Assembly (NCBI GenBank): GCA_963695875.1
Contig: CAVOID010000004.1
Location: forward strand, 32,001 to 96,000
DNA length: 64,000 nt
Direction of reading: 5' to 3'
Source: an uncultured delta proteobacterium
GTDB lineage: Bacteria; Desulfobacterota; Syntrophia; Syntrophales; UBA2185
Part shown: in pieces, positions 11,305 to 20,674 of the stretch
Layout: each line of letters starts with the position of its first letter
Numbering within the stretch: the stretch's first letter is position 1
The notes under the pieces: generated by a model
What the model was told of the DNA's origin: nothing
Databases searched by the model: none
Seen by the model: only the letters and a program-made list of their open reading frames with translations
Position numbers and translations under genes: made by a program

Positions 11305-12174
11305 TTATCCGAACCAGCCTATCAAAAAAACACCCGTTATCATGATGATAGCCCCTGCCAATCTCTCCATGATTTTTTCCTCCTTAAACAATAATGCGCC
11401 GTAGACTACTCCGAATAAGAGGCTCATCCGTTTCAGGGATATCATGTAGGCGACATTTGTCAGCGAAATAGCCAGCATATGGCTGAAGATCTCCACGGCT
11501 ACAATTGCGCCAAGGATCAGACCGATCAACGGTTTTTTTATCAGATTTTTTCGAGAACCGGCATTCACTGCTGAGGGAAGAAAAAGGACCATTAACGCTG
11601 TGAGGGCAACGTTATAAATAATGCCGAAAAAATAGGGATTGGAATGAATGATGGCAAGTTTGCCGATAGTTGAGGTGAAGGCATATATGAAAGAAACCAA
11701 TAGCATCAGGCGTGATCCCGGTTCTCTGAAAATAGCCATCAAGGGGCCCGCGAGTCCGTACCTGGTATGGGAAAGATTGAGAGAGTATGCTCCGGCCATT
11801 ATCAGAATTATTCCCCAGAGGCCGCCGGTACTGATTTTTTCACCTAATATTATCCAGCCTGTTAAGATGATGAATCCGGGTGTAAAGGCCAGAAAGGGCA
11901 CGGTCAGAGACAGGGGTGAAACCTTAAGGGCTTTCATGTAGCAATAGAAGGCCAATGCCTCCAGGGGCAAACCGGTAAGCATACAGAGCCAGAATGTCGA
12001 ATCCGGGATTACTAAGGGGATAAAGAAGAGAGATGTCAGCATCCAGGGCAGAGTATAGCCCAGCCTGATAAGCCCCATCATATATGGGGATTGATCACTG
12101 AAAAATTTCTTTGTTAATGCATCGGATGTGGCGAGGGTGAAAGCGGCGAGCAAGGAAAGAAAAAACCAGGACAC
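11305..12174 (-). CDS. EamA/DMT family transporter
   Basis: About ten TM helices with internal duplication; KALKVSPLSLTVP and ILGEKIS. Confidence 0.85.
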   Translation of the reverse strand: MSWFFLSLLAAFTLATSDALTKKFFSDQSPYMMGLIRLGYTLPWMLTSLFFIPLVIPDSTFWLCMLTGLPLEALAFYCYMKALKVSPLSLTVPFLAFTPGFIILTGWIILGEKISTGGLWGIILIMAGAYSLNLSHTRYGLAGPLMAIFREPGSRLMLLVSFIYAFTSTIGKLAIIHSNPYFFGIIYNVALTALMVLFLPSAVNAGSRKNLIKKPLIGLILGAIVAVEIFSHMLAISLTNVAYMISLKRMSLLFGVVYGALLFKEEKIMERLAGAIIMITGVFLIGWFG

Positions 12175-12183
12175 AGGGTTGCA

Positions 12184-12999
12184 TCACTTTCTATTTGACG
12201 TGTCCAAGTTCACCTCTCGCGAAAGACTTCCAGGCTGCTCGCTCCCTGTAACGTGAAGTTTTACCTTCCGATAATGGTACTGCGGTTGTACCCACTTATT
12301 CGTACTTCCATCATAAAACCACTTATCGGGGAAGCCACGGCGCTTTTTATAAGTGGGTTTCCTGGCCCAGATGATCAACTCTTTGTAGGCCTCATGAATT
12401 TTTCTGAATGTCGCGGCATCGCCTCCGATATCGGGATGGTGTATCTTTGCCTGGCGCCGATAGGCGTTTTTTATGCTGTTTTGTAATTCAGCGGCGCTCA
12501 ACTCTGATTTGTCAAGCTTTAGATGGGATAAGTGCGTTGCCTTAATGGAAGGAACTTTTACCATTGTCGGTTTGACGGAAAGTACCGGCGCGTTATTCCT
12601 GACGGCTTGCGAAAGTACATGAAATGAGGCCATGTATCGTTTGTTTGTTCGTTTTCTTTCCGCCCACCAGATATTGCCTAACATGTCGGCCATCTTGCTG
12701 AAATCTTCCGCAGGTTTTCTGCCGGGAGATCGTGGATAGAAAAAGCTGAATATCTCCTCCGATCCATAGGGGAGCATGTCCATTATTATCATGACATCGG
12801 AAAAATAAAATGTCGCGTACTTCGCATTCAGTGCTTTTATTAAACCGGTTCTCACCTCTAACTTATAATGGAGCCGTTTTCTGCATTCCAGGGAACAGTA
12901 CCTGCGCCTGCCGCTATTTACAATGGTACCGCAGGCAAGACATCTGCCTTTTTTCCTGCCGTTTGGATCGATTATATTTCGGATTATTAATTGTTTCAT
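12184..12999 (-). CDS. J-domain protein with N-terminal CxxC..CxxxC zinc-finger-like motif
   Basis: CLACG...YCSLEC; IKNAYRRQAKIHHPDIGGDAATFRKIHEAY. Confidence 0.8.
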   Translation of the reverse strand: MKQLIIRNIIDPNGRKKGRCLACGTIVNSGRRRYCSLECRKRLHYKLEVRTGLIKALNAKYATFYFSDVMIIMDMLPYGSEEIFSFFYPRSPGRKPAEDFSKMADMLGNIWWAERKRTNKRYMASFHVLSQAVRNNAPVLSVKPTMVKVPSIKATHLSHLKLDKSELSAAELQNSIKNAYRRQAKIHHPDIGGDAATFRKIHEAYKELIIWARKPTYKKRRGFPDKWFYDGSTNKWVQPQYHYRKVKLHVTGSEQPGSLSREVNLDTSNRK

Positions 13000-13159
13000 A
13001 ACGCCATAAGAGACAGTAAAATATACACTATCAAATATTACAGAATGAAATCAAAGTCAATCGCATTCAACATTTCACCTTGCCTGAATCTGGATTATTA
13101 TAATATAAGGATTTGAAAACAGGGGCGGTTGTCTCTGTCTTTCCATCGTGGGTGATTGT

Positions 13160-13873
13160 ATGAAGATAGCGTGGATATTTATCTGCTTTAGTGTTTTATC
13201 AGGCATATTTCCGTCCGCTGCCCTGTCGGATGTTATTGTCTATGATGTTGTGGCACTGAAGGGCCAGGAAGTTATGCTCAAAGCCGAGACGCGGGGAACA
13301 TTACTCAGCAAAAGCGGAGAGGTCGTGGAGTTCATTGTTAATGGAAAGTCCTATAGGGAAGAACCTTTCCGGCATAGATGGATTTGCAGTCAAACGGTTT
13401 GTCCCGGTAAGAAGCAGGTCTGAATAAAATACTCGTGAAGTCCGGAGATGACAAAGATAGCGGGGTGCTTCTGGCGCTGGACAGGAAAGCGAAGATTGTT
13501 TTTATTGATGTGGAAGGATCCTTGTTGGAGGGACCAGTTTGTGGTAATAGCAAAACCCGGGAGCAGGAAGGCCGTAGAAAAAATCTGTAAAAGATTTCCG
13601 ATAGTTTTTCTCCAGAAAGGCTTTTTAAATGTGAAAGCTATCAGATCATGGCTGAAGAAAAATGACTTTCCCGATGCGCCTGTACTGCCATGGAGTCGGG
13701 GTGAAGTATTCGATGAACTCAAAGAAAAGGATTTGAAGATTAAGGCAATCATCGGGGGGCCGGAGGTGATTGCATCGGCAGAGTCTTATAAACCGCGCGC
13801 CTTCAGTTTTGATTCAGTGGAGGATGCGGAAGTCGTTGAAAACTGGGAGGAGATAGAAAAAAAGTTAAAATGA
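13160..13873 (+). CDS. secreted hypothetical protein with a possible HAD-like C-terminal domain; frameshifted
   Basis: Signal peptide; alternative frame gives IVFIDVEGSL; ends SWLKKNDFPDAPV...VENWEEI. Confidence 0.5.
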
Positions 13874-13979
13874 CCGGGAGCACATCCCGCAAGCCCCGCC
13901 TTGTAGGCGGGGATAAGGGGTGCAATGTAAGCATAGTTTCCTTTCCGGGAAGCCCCGGCCTGTGGGCGGGGAGCTTCAC
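13871..13979 (+). mobile_element. IS200/IS605-type non-autonomous element, family A
   Basis: TGAC ... CAAG+hairpin ... GAAG+hairpin ... TCAC; related copy at 39935-39984. Confidence 0.75.
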
Positions 13980-14630
13980 ATTTTCTCGATGGCTGTCCTC
14001 AGGCTGCGTACCTTGGCGCCAATATCCGCAGCTCCCACGATCTCTGTAACCAGGGCGATACATCCGGCACCCCGGCGATATACGTCAGCGATATTATGCT
14101 CTTTAATCCCGCCTATGGCCACAAACGGCAGCCTGATATTTCTTACAACATATTGGAGGTATTCCAAGCCCACCGGGTCGCATGCGTCTTTCTTGGTGTT
14201 CGTCGCAAAGATGGGACCGACCCCTATATAATCAACGCCCAGCCTCACAGCAGCCTCGGCCTGGGCGGGAGAATGAGTGGAAAGGCCGATGAACATTTTT
14301 CCCTCCTACCAGTTCTCTTACCGCCTCCGCGGGCAGGTCATCCTGACCCAGGTGCAACCCGTCCGCATTCACCAGCAAAGCCAGGTCGACATGGTCGTTG
14401 ACGATGAAGGTAACGCCGGCCTCTCTGGTCATCTCCCTGATTTTCAGGCATTCTTGATATTTCTGACGGTCGCTCTTTTCTTTCTCGCGGTATTGAATAA
14501 CCCTTATCCCGGCTTCAATCATCCGCGCCGCCACTTCGATGTTGCTCCTACCCAGGGAGTATTCCTCTGCCGTGATCCCGTATATGTCCGTGTTCAGCGG
14601 TCCGTCCGGCCTTCGTTTAACTGCAATCAT
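13976..14630 (-). CDS. thiE: thiamine-phosphate synthase, frameshifted
   Basis: IQYREK, FIVNDHVDLA, GLHLGQDD, GLSTHS, DYIGVGPIFATNTK, VAIGGI. Confidence 0.92.
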
Positions 14631-14669
14631 ATTTTTTCCATCCTGCAAGACTTAATACGAAAATAATTT

Positions 14670-14790
14670 TACTCACCCCTTTTTCTAAAGGGGACAGGGT
14701 GTTGTCCCCCGCTGGCGGGGGTAAGGGGGTGGTTTTATATCATCAAAAATCCCTCTGAATCTCCCTTTATAAAAGGGAGACTTAATTGGT
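14670..14790 (-). repeat. composite palindromic repeat, inverted copy of 7600-7745
   Basis: Reverse complement matches 7600-7745 closely, with one fewer CCCCCGCCAGCGGGGGA unit. Confidence 0.85.
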
Positions 14791-14987
14791 ATTCATGGTT
14801 CCTCGTTCCCACAGAGACAAGCTTCATACCTTTGTGGTACCCTACAGGGCGTGGGAATTAGTAGGACAAGTAAACATATCAAAGTATGTCGTGTTGTCAT
14901 TCCCATGGAGGCGGGAATTGTATCTACTTTAAGGATTTCTCAGTCAATCCATTTCTTAGAAATGACACCCTTTGTTAGCATGTTGGT

Positions 14988-16100
14988 CTAGGCACCATCA
15001 GACAAAATCTGCCAGTCCTTGTACACCGGCTGGTAACCCTGGGAGTAGAGCATCTCTGCCATCTCGGGTACGCTCCGCCTGTCTGATATCTCAAATTGAC
15101 CGGTAGAATAATATTCCGACCGGCCGCCCACTGCGGTGCAGGAGCCGGCAGACATCTTGGTGGCTCCAAGTTTGATCAGGTGATCCCGCAGTTCGGAACG
15201 CTCCCTGGTGGAGATGGTGATGCCGCCCCTGGGCATGAAAAGTCTGAACGCCAGTACGTACTGTACCAGGTTTTTGTCACTCACTTCGACCCGGGGCTGG
15301 AATCCGCCGAGGTGCGGACGTATTCTGGGTGGAGAGATGCTAACCTCAACTTCCGGGAACATGTTCTGGAGGTAGTCGGCATGCAGTCCGGTAAAGAAGG
15401 CCTCGGTTCGCCACTGGTTCAACCCCAGCAGGGCTCCCACGTTGACTGTCCGAATGCCCGCCCGGCATGCGCGTTCCGGGGCTTCGAGGCGAAAACGGTA
15501 GTTTCGCTTCGGGCCGGCCGGGTGCATCAGTGCGTATATGTCCTCGTCATAGACCTCCTGATAGACCGTTAATCCATCCACTCCCGCGGATATCAACTCG
15601 ACATACTCGCTTTCAGTGAGCGGGTATATTTCAATGCTGATGGAGGTAAAATATTTCTTCAAGATCTCGACACACTCCCTGATATATGAAACGGGTGAAT
15701 CCTGCCTTGACTCCCCGGTGAGAATAAGGACGTGTTTTAGACCGGTGGCCGCTATAATCTCAGCCTCTTTCTCCACCTCAGCAGGAGTCAGTTTTTTTCT
15801 TTCCAGCTTGTTATTGACCTGAAATCCGCAGTACACGCAATGGTTGACGCAGTAGTTGGAAAGATAGAGTGGTGTATAAAGAAGGATCACCCTGCCGAAG
15901 TGCTGGACCGTAAGGCGGTGGGCCCTCTGTGCCATCTCCTCTAAGCAGTCTTCTGCGGCAGGGGAGAGCAGAGCCAGGTAATCCCGCTCGTTAAGCCGAT
16001 CGCCGGCAATTATTTTTTCAATATCGGTACCGGCAACCCGCTTTAAAAAACCATCAAAATCGAATGTGCCGTACCTCTGAATTTCTTCATAAAAGCTCAT
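14988..16100 (-). CDS. thiH: 2-iminoacetate synthase (radical SAM)
   Basis: [52 protein letters not shown]. Confidence 0.95.
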   Translation of the reverse strand: MSFYEEIQRYGTFDFDGFLKRVAGTDIEKIIAGDRLNERDYLALLSPAAEDCLEEMAQRAHRLTVQHFGRVILLYTPLYLSNYCVNHCVYCGFQVNNKLERKKLTPAEVEKEAEIIAATGLKHVLILTGESRQDSPVSYIRECVEILKKYFTSISIEIYPLTESEYVELISAGVDGLTVYQEVYDEDIYALMHPAGPKRNYRFRLEAPERACRAGIRTVNVGALLGLNQWRTEAFFTGLHADYLQNMFPEVEVSISPPRIRPHLGGFQPRVEVSDKNLVQYVLAFRLFMPRGGITISTRERSELRDHLIKLGATKMSAGSCTAVGGRSEYYSTGQFEISDRRSVPEMAEMLYSQGYQPVYKDWQILSDGA

Positions 16101-16101
16101 G

Positions 16102-16232
16102 ATACCTGTTATCGGTGATTACTTCGATCTTTACCCAGTTGCCGCAGCCGGCCGCCCTGGCCAGTCTGGCGATGCGGATTGCTTCCTCGGCATTCCTAGC
16201 TCCGGAGGTATTGGGCATCAGGATACAGTCCT
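16102..16232 (-). pseudogene. thiG: internal fragment of thiazole synthase
   Basis: Minus strand translates to [41 protein letters not shown]; both termini missing. Confidence 0.85.
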
Positions 16233-16835
16233 GTTTAAATCAAACGGCAGCTCAGCTTCTGCTTCCCTCGCTGGGAATTGACCTTCGAAAAAACTGAACA
16301 TACGATTGAAGAGGCGTCTTATGATAATGGAGCCTTCATTGAAGCCGAACAGGACCTTATTATTGAAGAGACGAGACTCTCCTGCGTCCATTTTATGCTG
16401 CTTTGCCTGAAGCGGGAACACCGTCTGGCCGTTATTTTGGGAGAAATCTGCAAGGTCGACAGCATAGAAGGCGGCAAGATTATGGGGCTTACACCTGCGG
16501 CCTTTCGTCAACGGCTTTCCCGTGGGCGAAAACAGCTATTGCATCACATGGCTAAGGACTGTAGCCTGGTCAATCCGGCCAACCCCTGTCATTGCGCAAA
16601 GCTGGCTGCTCACCATGTGAAAAAAAAGCACATCGATCCCCAAAATCTGCTTTTTGCCACACACCCTTGTCATGCCCCGCGAAACAGCGATACGGACTAT
16701 CTATTGAAGGAACTGGATCAACTGGAACGCGCGGCCGTAATTATTCGCAATCACCCCGACTACGCCGCGCCGGAGATCTTCGTGAAATCTATGAAAAGTC
16801 TGATCGATTCGAGTACATTCCAACTTCTTAAGTGA
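16233..16835 (+). CDS. ECF-type sigma factor, C-terminal part with Cys-rich extension; N-terminus missing
   Basis: Region-4-like [13 protein letters not shown]...[20 protein letters not shown] followed by [12 protein letters not shown]. Confidence 0.75.
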
Positions 16836-16856
16836 TAATCAGAAAGGAGGTATATT

Positions 16857-17288
16857 ATGATGAAGATCGATGAATCGACCCGGAATATTATCCAGAAACA
16901 TTTTGATTATACGGATGAGGAAATGAAGGTTTTTATGGAAAATCCAAGAAATGAGGATGTCCTCTCAAAAGCTCCCGTACTCATGAACAAAACGATTATC
17001 CTGGAAGTTGTGGAGTCACACGGTTGCAACAGCCAGCATAAAATCGGCGACAAATTCTATTTTGATGGAGCAGGGAACCTCATCACCAAATTGTCTCCCA
17101 AGAGAATCTGTATTTATGCTCTGAGTTCCGTAGCCAATCTTATTTTCACTTCAAATGAGCTGCTCTATGCGGGTGCCAATCCGAATGAGATGCGATTCAA
17201 GAGAACGGGCTGTTTTGATGTAGGCGTGAAATGCGGCGGTTGGGGTCGCATTGTCATGGAGATCAAGGTAGAAGACAGGCAGAAGTGA
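16857..17288 (+). CDS. conserved Cys-containing hypothetical protein (TIGR04076-like)
   Basis: EVVESHGCNSQHKIGDKFYF, RICIYAL, GCFDVGVKCGGWGRIVMEI; strong AGGAGG RBS. Confidence 0.6.
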   Translation: MMKIDESTRNIIQKHFDYTDEEMKVFMENPRNEDVLSKAPVLMNKTIILEVVESHGCNSQHKIGDKFYFDGAGNLITKLSPKRICIYALSSVANLIFTSNELLYAGANPNEMRFKRTGCFDVGVKCGGWGRIVMEIKVEDRQK

Positions 17289-17312
17289 ATCCCTCGGAAC
17301 AAGAAGGGGAAC

Positions 17313-17486
17313 ATGAAAAGTGTGAAAAAAATATTGTTAGAATATGAAAATGCCGACACGTATGAAAGAACACTATTGTTTTTAGCACACCGTGATCTCA
17401 GGGATGTTTTTATGGAGATTGAACTCAAAGGCTATCAGCTGTTCCTTATACAAAACTCTACTTTTCAGTGTCATTCCCGCCTTTGA
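17313..17486 (+). CDS. small hypothetical protein, 57 aa
   Basis: MKSVKKILLEYENADTYERTLLFLAHRDLRDVF... after an AAGGGG RBS. Confidence 0.4.
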   Translation: MKSVKKILLEYENADTYERTLLFLAHRDLRDVFMEIELKGYQLFLIQNSTFQCHSRL

Positions 17487-17711
17487 CACGCATGCAATAT
17501 GAACCGCACCTATGTTCACTGCTGACTTTGTCCAGAGTTGAATGCTTTTTTATTGAAGTCGAGGTTTGCGGCTGGCGAGCTTGTGTAGCAGCTTTCATCC
17601 CGTTATGCTCAAGAGCGAGCAATGAAAAAATGAAATACGCCAGCTTAGTGGCGACACCTACTTATCAATAACTGGCCATGACTGACGGTATCGCAGATTA
17701 ACGAAGGAAAG

Positions 17712-17774
17712 GCATAACGGGAAACTAACCGGCACGCTGCTTTTTTGCGTGTCCAGTTCAGTAATTTGTTGGGC
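17712..17774 (-). other. integron attC site
   Basis: Minus strand GCCCAAC-aaatt-ACTGAACTGGACACGC..GCGTGCCGGTTAGT-ttccc-GTTATGC; imperfect hairpin with two extrahelical bases on the 5' arm. Confidence 0.8.
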
Positions 17775-17879
17775 AAGATCTCGAGAGCAATTTAATCTCC
17801 AGGTTGCAACCATCTTTGCACACACGAAATCAAGATTCATAACAGGTATGGCCATTTGCACTCGATAGGCTATTAATGT

Positions 17880-19181
17880 TCACCCTATCAGTCTGATCTT
17901 ATCTGGATAACCGAAACTGTTATTAGATGCAATTGCTTTCAGACAAATTCGATACACAGACATTATATCCTTAATGATGTTTTCATCATCCCAGTTATTC
18001 ACGTTCATTTTCGATTGCGTGATATCATATGTAGCTGTCTTTATCTCTTCAAGCTGTGGACTATGAAGGTATCTGTCCTCCATGAGATCAAGGATGATGT
18101 TCGTTACTGCCTCAGGTCTTGTTTTAGTTGTATGCTTAATTTTGTACTTTTCCACTTCTTTACAGAGCGTATCATCACTTCTCATATCCAACTCGTAAAG
18201 AGCTTTGCGGTATTGTCGAACATACTCTTGCCAAAATTTACATAAGGCAAAGTTCTGACCATCTGGAGTGCCTATAAATCTCGCCCACTCCAGGTCCTTA
18301 TAATCGATTACAGGTTTTCTAGTAGTGTGAAGTGTATCTTGTAACTTGGCATCATCTATCAGAACTTTCTGATATAAAATAGACAGGGACGAGTTGCCTA
18401 TTCTTGCATCATGAAGAATAACAACAAAAGGCATGGTGTTCACGAACTGCGCCGAAAAAATTATCTTTGCCTGTTTCTGATCATAAATCACGGCTAGTCG
18501 GTGAGAAAACATGCAAGCCCCGAAGGAGATATCAAGCATGTCTGATATGGGTGCAAAAGGAACTCGCCTTGGAGGAAAATCCGATGAGTTCGTCCCGTTT
18601 CGAATCCATCTTTTTGTCTCTTCTAAGAACTTATGATTCGCAATATCTGGAATTCCCAGATGGATCGTGGCGTATCTGAGAATTTCAATTAGGTCCAGTA
18701 AGATCGCGCGGATCAATAGTTCATTGATCGAAAAGACATGTAAATAATCGTCCTTTTCAAAGGAATCTTCAAACGAATCCGCCCTCCTCCCGGCGATCTC
18801 TTCGAATTTACTTTTACTTGCTCCGAGGGGTCCCCTTATTTCGGTCAATACACCATTTTCATTGGTTGTTTTTGATATTCCCCTAACCTTGACATGTCCT
18901 CCGGGCTCAATTGTCAGAGGTGTCGAGCTGTTAAGTGACTTAGTATGTTGCTTCTTGTCCTTCAAATCGCCGGACAGCAATGGAGATAACACTCCTAAGA
19001 TATCTCTAAAAAATTTTGTTAATACGTGGTCGAGGTTGTCACCGAAAGATTTATTGCATGTGGAACAGATTAGTTCAGAGGATTTGAGGGATCCACCCAA
19101 TCCCTTCTGAATAATGTGTTCTGGCTTGAATGTGGAGGCACATCCTCCACTTACCGTATGAAACAGACAATTCTTCGTCAT
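17880..19181 (-). CDS. HNH endonuclease domain protein (probable gene cassette)
   Basis: N-terminal C..C..EHIIQKGLGG...ICSTCNKSFG; low GC; attC downstream. Confidence 0.75.
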   Translation of the reverse strand: MTKNCLFHTVSGGCASTFKPEHIIQKGLGGSLKSSELICSTCNKSFGDNLDHVLTKFFRDILGVLSPLLSGDLKDKKQHTKSLNSSTPLTIEPGGHVKVRGISKTTNENGVLTEIRGPLGASKSKFEEIAGRRADSFEDSFEKDDYLHVFSINELLIRAILLDLIEILRYATIHLGIPDIANHKFLEETKRWIRNGTNSSDFPPRRVPFAPISDMLDISFGACMFSHRLAVIYDQKQAKIIFSAQFVNTMPFVVILHDARIGNSSLSILYQKVLIDDAKLQDTLHTTRKPVIDYKDLEWARFIGTPDGQNFALCKFWQEYVRQYRKALYELDMRSDDTLCKEVEKYKIKHTTKTRPEAVTNIILDLMEDRYLHSPQLEEIKTATYDITQSKMNVNNWDDENIIKDIMSVYRICLKAIASNNSFGYPDKIRLIG

Positions 19182-19274
19182 TTTAAAACGGGCAGTATAT
19201 TTGAGGAATTGCTTGCCTGAATCTATACACCACCGGGCGGCAAAGAAGTAGCCTCCACCCGATTGTTCGGTGCA

Positions 19275-19589
19275 TTATTTAATCCAGCCCTTTTCCTTAA
19301 CATGATCAAAAATCATTTTCATTTCTTCCGCAGTCATCATCGGCGCATATTGGCCCCAAGCCCATTTTCCCTTCATCCTAGGTTTGTGTGCGATCATATA
19401 ATACCCGATCCTAAATTCTTCTTTCCCGCTGGAATGCTTAATCTTATGAAGACAAAAAGCTTTCCCCGTATTCGACAATGCATGGAAAACTTCTTCTTCC
19501 ACTACTGTGTATTCGAGGGGGCTTCCGTCGATCCTTTTTATTTTTGTCGTTTTATTTAACCTGCTCGGTAGTGATTGAATCTCCGTCAT
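19275..19589 (-). CDS. small hypothetical protein (gene cassette)
   Basis: Preceded by core GTTCGGT plus RBS; followed by the complementary ACCGAAC at 19265-19271. Confidence 0.7.
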   Translation of the reverse strand: MTEIQSLPSRLNKTTKIKRIDGSPLEYTVVEEEVFHALSNTGKAFCLHKIKHSSGKEEFRIGYYMIAHKPRMKGKWAWGQYAPMMTAEEMKMIFDHVKEKGWIK

Positions 19590-19602
19590 ATTTTATCCTT
19601 TC

Positions 19603-19666
19603 ACCGAACGCTCACACTCACTGGCAAAAAACGCAGTTTTTTGTCCAGTGAAGTGCCTTGTTATAT
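19603..19666 (-). other. integron attC site
   Basis: Minus strand ATATAAC-aaggc-ACTTCACTGGACAAAAAAC..GTTTTTTGCCAGTGAGT-gtgagc-GTTCGGT; the upstream ORF's TAA stop lies inside ATATAAC. Confidence 0.85.
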
Positions 19667-20674
19667 GTCTTGGTTAAATGATACAAAATATATAGTCGGA
19701 CAATTTTCTTTTATGTTTTCTGGTAATTGTTTATAAACTTTAAAATTGTAATTTTTATCAGAATTATCAATTATGCAAAATGTTAGTAATTCTTCAAAGA
19801 ATGTTAAAAGGTTTGTTAAATAAGTATTCATGTCTGTAACTATATCAGAAAACTCAGTTTGAACAGGGCCTTGCCTGGCACTGAAATCATAACGCCATCC
19901 TGGGTTTGCAAATTTATTTCCTGGATAAAGTTTAAAATTAACTATTTCAACATCAAACTGTGGTTCAGCATGATTTATTTCATGAGCATTTCTTAATGAT
20001 GCTATTTGTTGTATCCAATCTTTATCGTCTTCTATCATTTTTATAAGATCTTTTTTGTCGGGCTTATTTTTTGTTAACCATTCTCTGTATCTTTTAAAAT
20101 TAGACCCACTGTTTGGGGCAGTGTAAAACATACATAAGAATTCATGGGTTTTTTCAAGAAATCTTTTTGCATTACCTAAAAAAATGGCAACATTACCTTC
20201 TAAATCTTCAACTTGAGGTAATGCTTGTATAACAGTACCTTTCTTGCCCTTCTCGACAATAGCGTCGCACATAGGCATTAATTGCATAGTTTCATTGTAT
20301 ATTTTATAATGAGCTGATTCACAGTTTAAAAGCATCTCTGTACAACACCAAGCTTGGTCTAGAATATTTTGTTTGTTTAAATTTTTATTTAAAATTATAG
20401 AGTCTAAAATTTGTTTCGTTTGAATTATTGACCTTGCAACGTATGAGTTTGCACAACCAATGGAATGTATTTTTTGATAGTTATGCCTTGTTTCAGGGTG
20501 TAGATTTTCGGGATCAATTGACTCTGCAGGTAATACTTTAGAAATATAATTGCTTGCAAAAGCATAAAGTGAACCTTGCAGATTTATTAAATATTGAATT
20601 TCATCACTTGTATTTTTTGAGTTTTCAGCAAGATTTATTGAAAAAGCTTTTTTTCTATCAAATTTTTTATTCAT
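19661..20674 (-). CDS. AT-rich helical protein with a HEPN-like motif (gene cassette)
   Basis: WIQQIASLRNAHEINH; GTTATAT at 20684-20690 (minus) is complementary to the ATATAAC at the gene end. Confidence 0.65.
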   Translation of the reverse strand: MNKKFDRKKAFSINLAENSKNTSDEIQYLINLQGSLYAFASNYISKVLPAESIDPENLHPETRHNYQKIHSIGCANSYVARSIIQTKQILDSIILNKNLNKQNILDQAWCCTEMLLNCESAHYKIYNETMQLMPMCDAIVEKGKKGTVIQALPQVEDLEGNVAIFLGNAKRFLEKTHEFLCMFYTAPNSGSNFKRYREWLTKNKPDKKDLIKMIEDDKDWIQQIASLRNAHEINHAEPQFDVEIVNFKLYPGNKFANPGWRYDFSARQGPVQTEFSDIVTDMNTYLTNLLTFFEELLTFCIIDNSDKNYNFKVYKQLPENIKENCPTIYFVSFNQDI

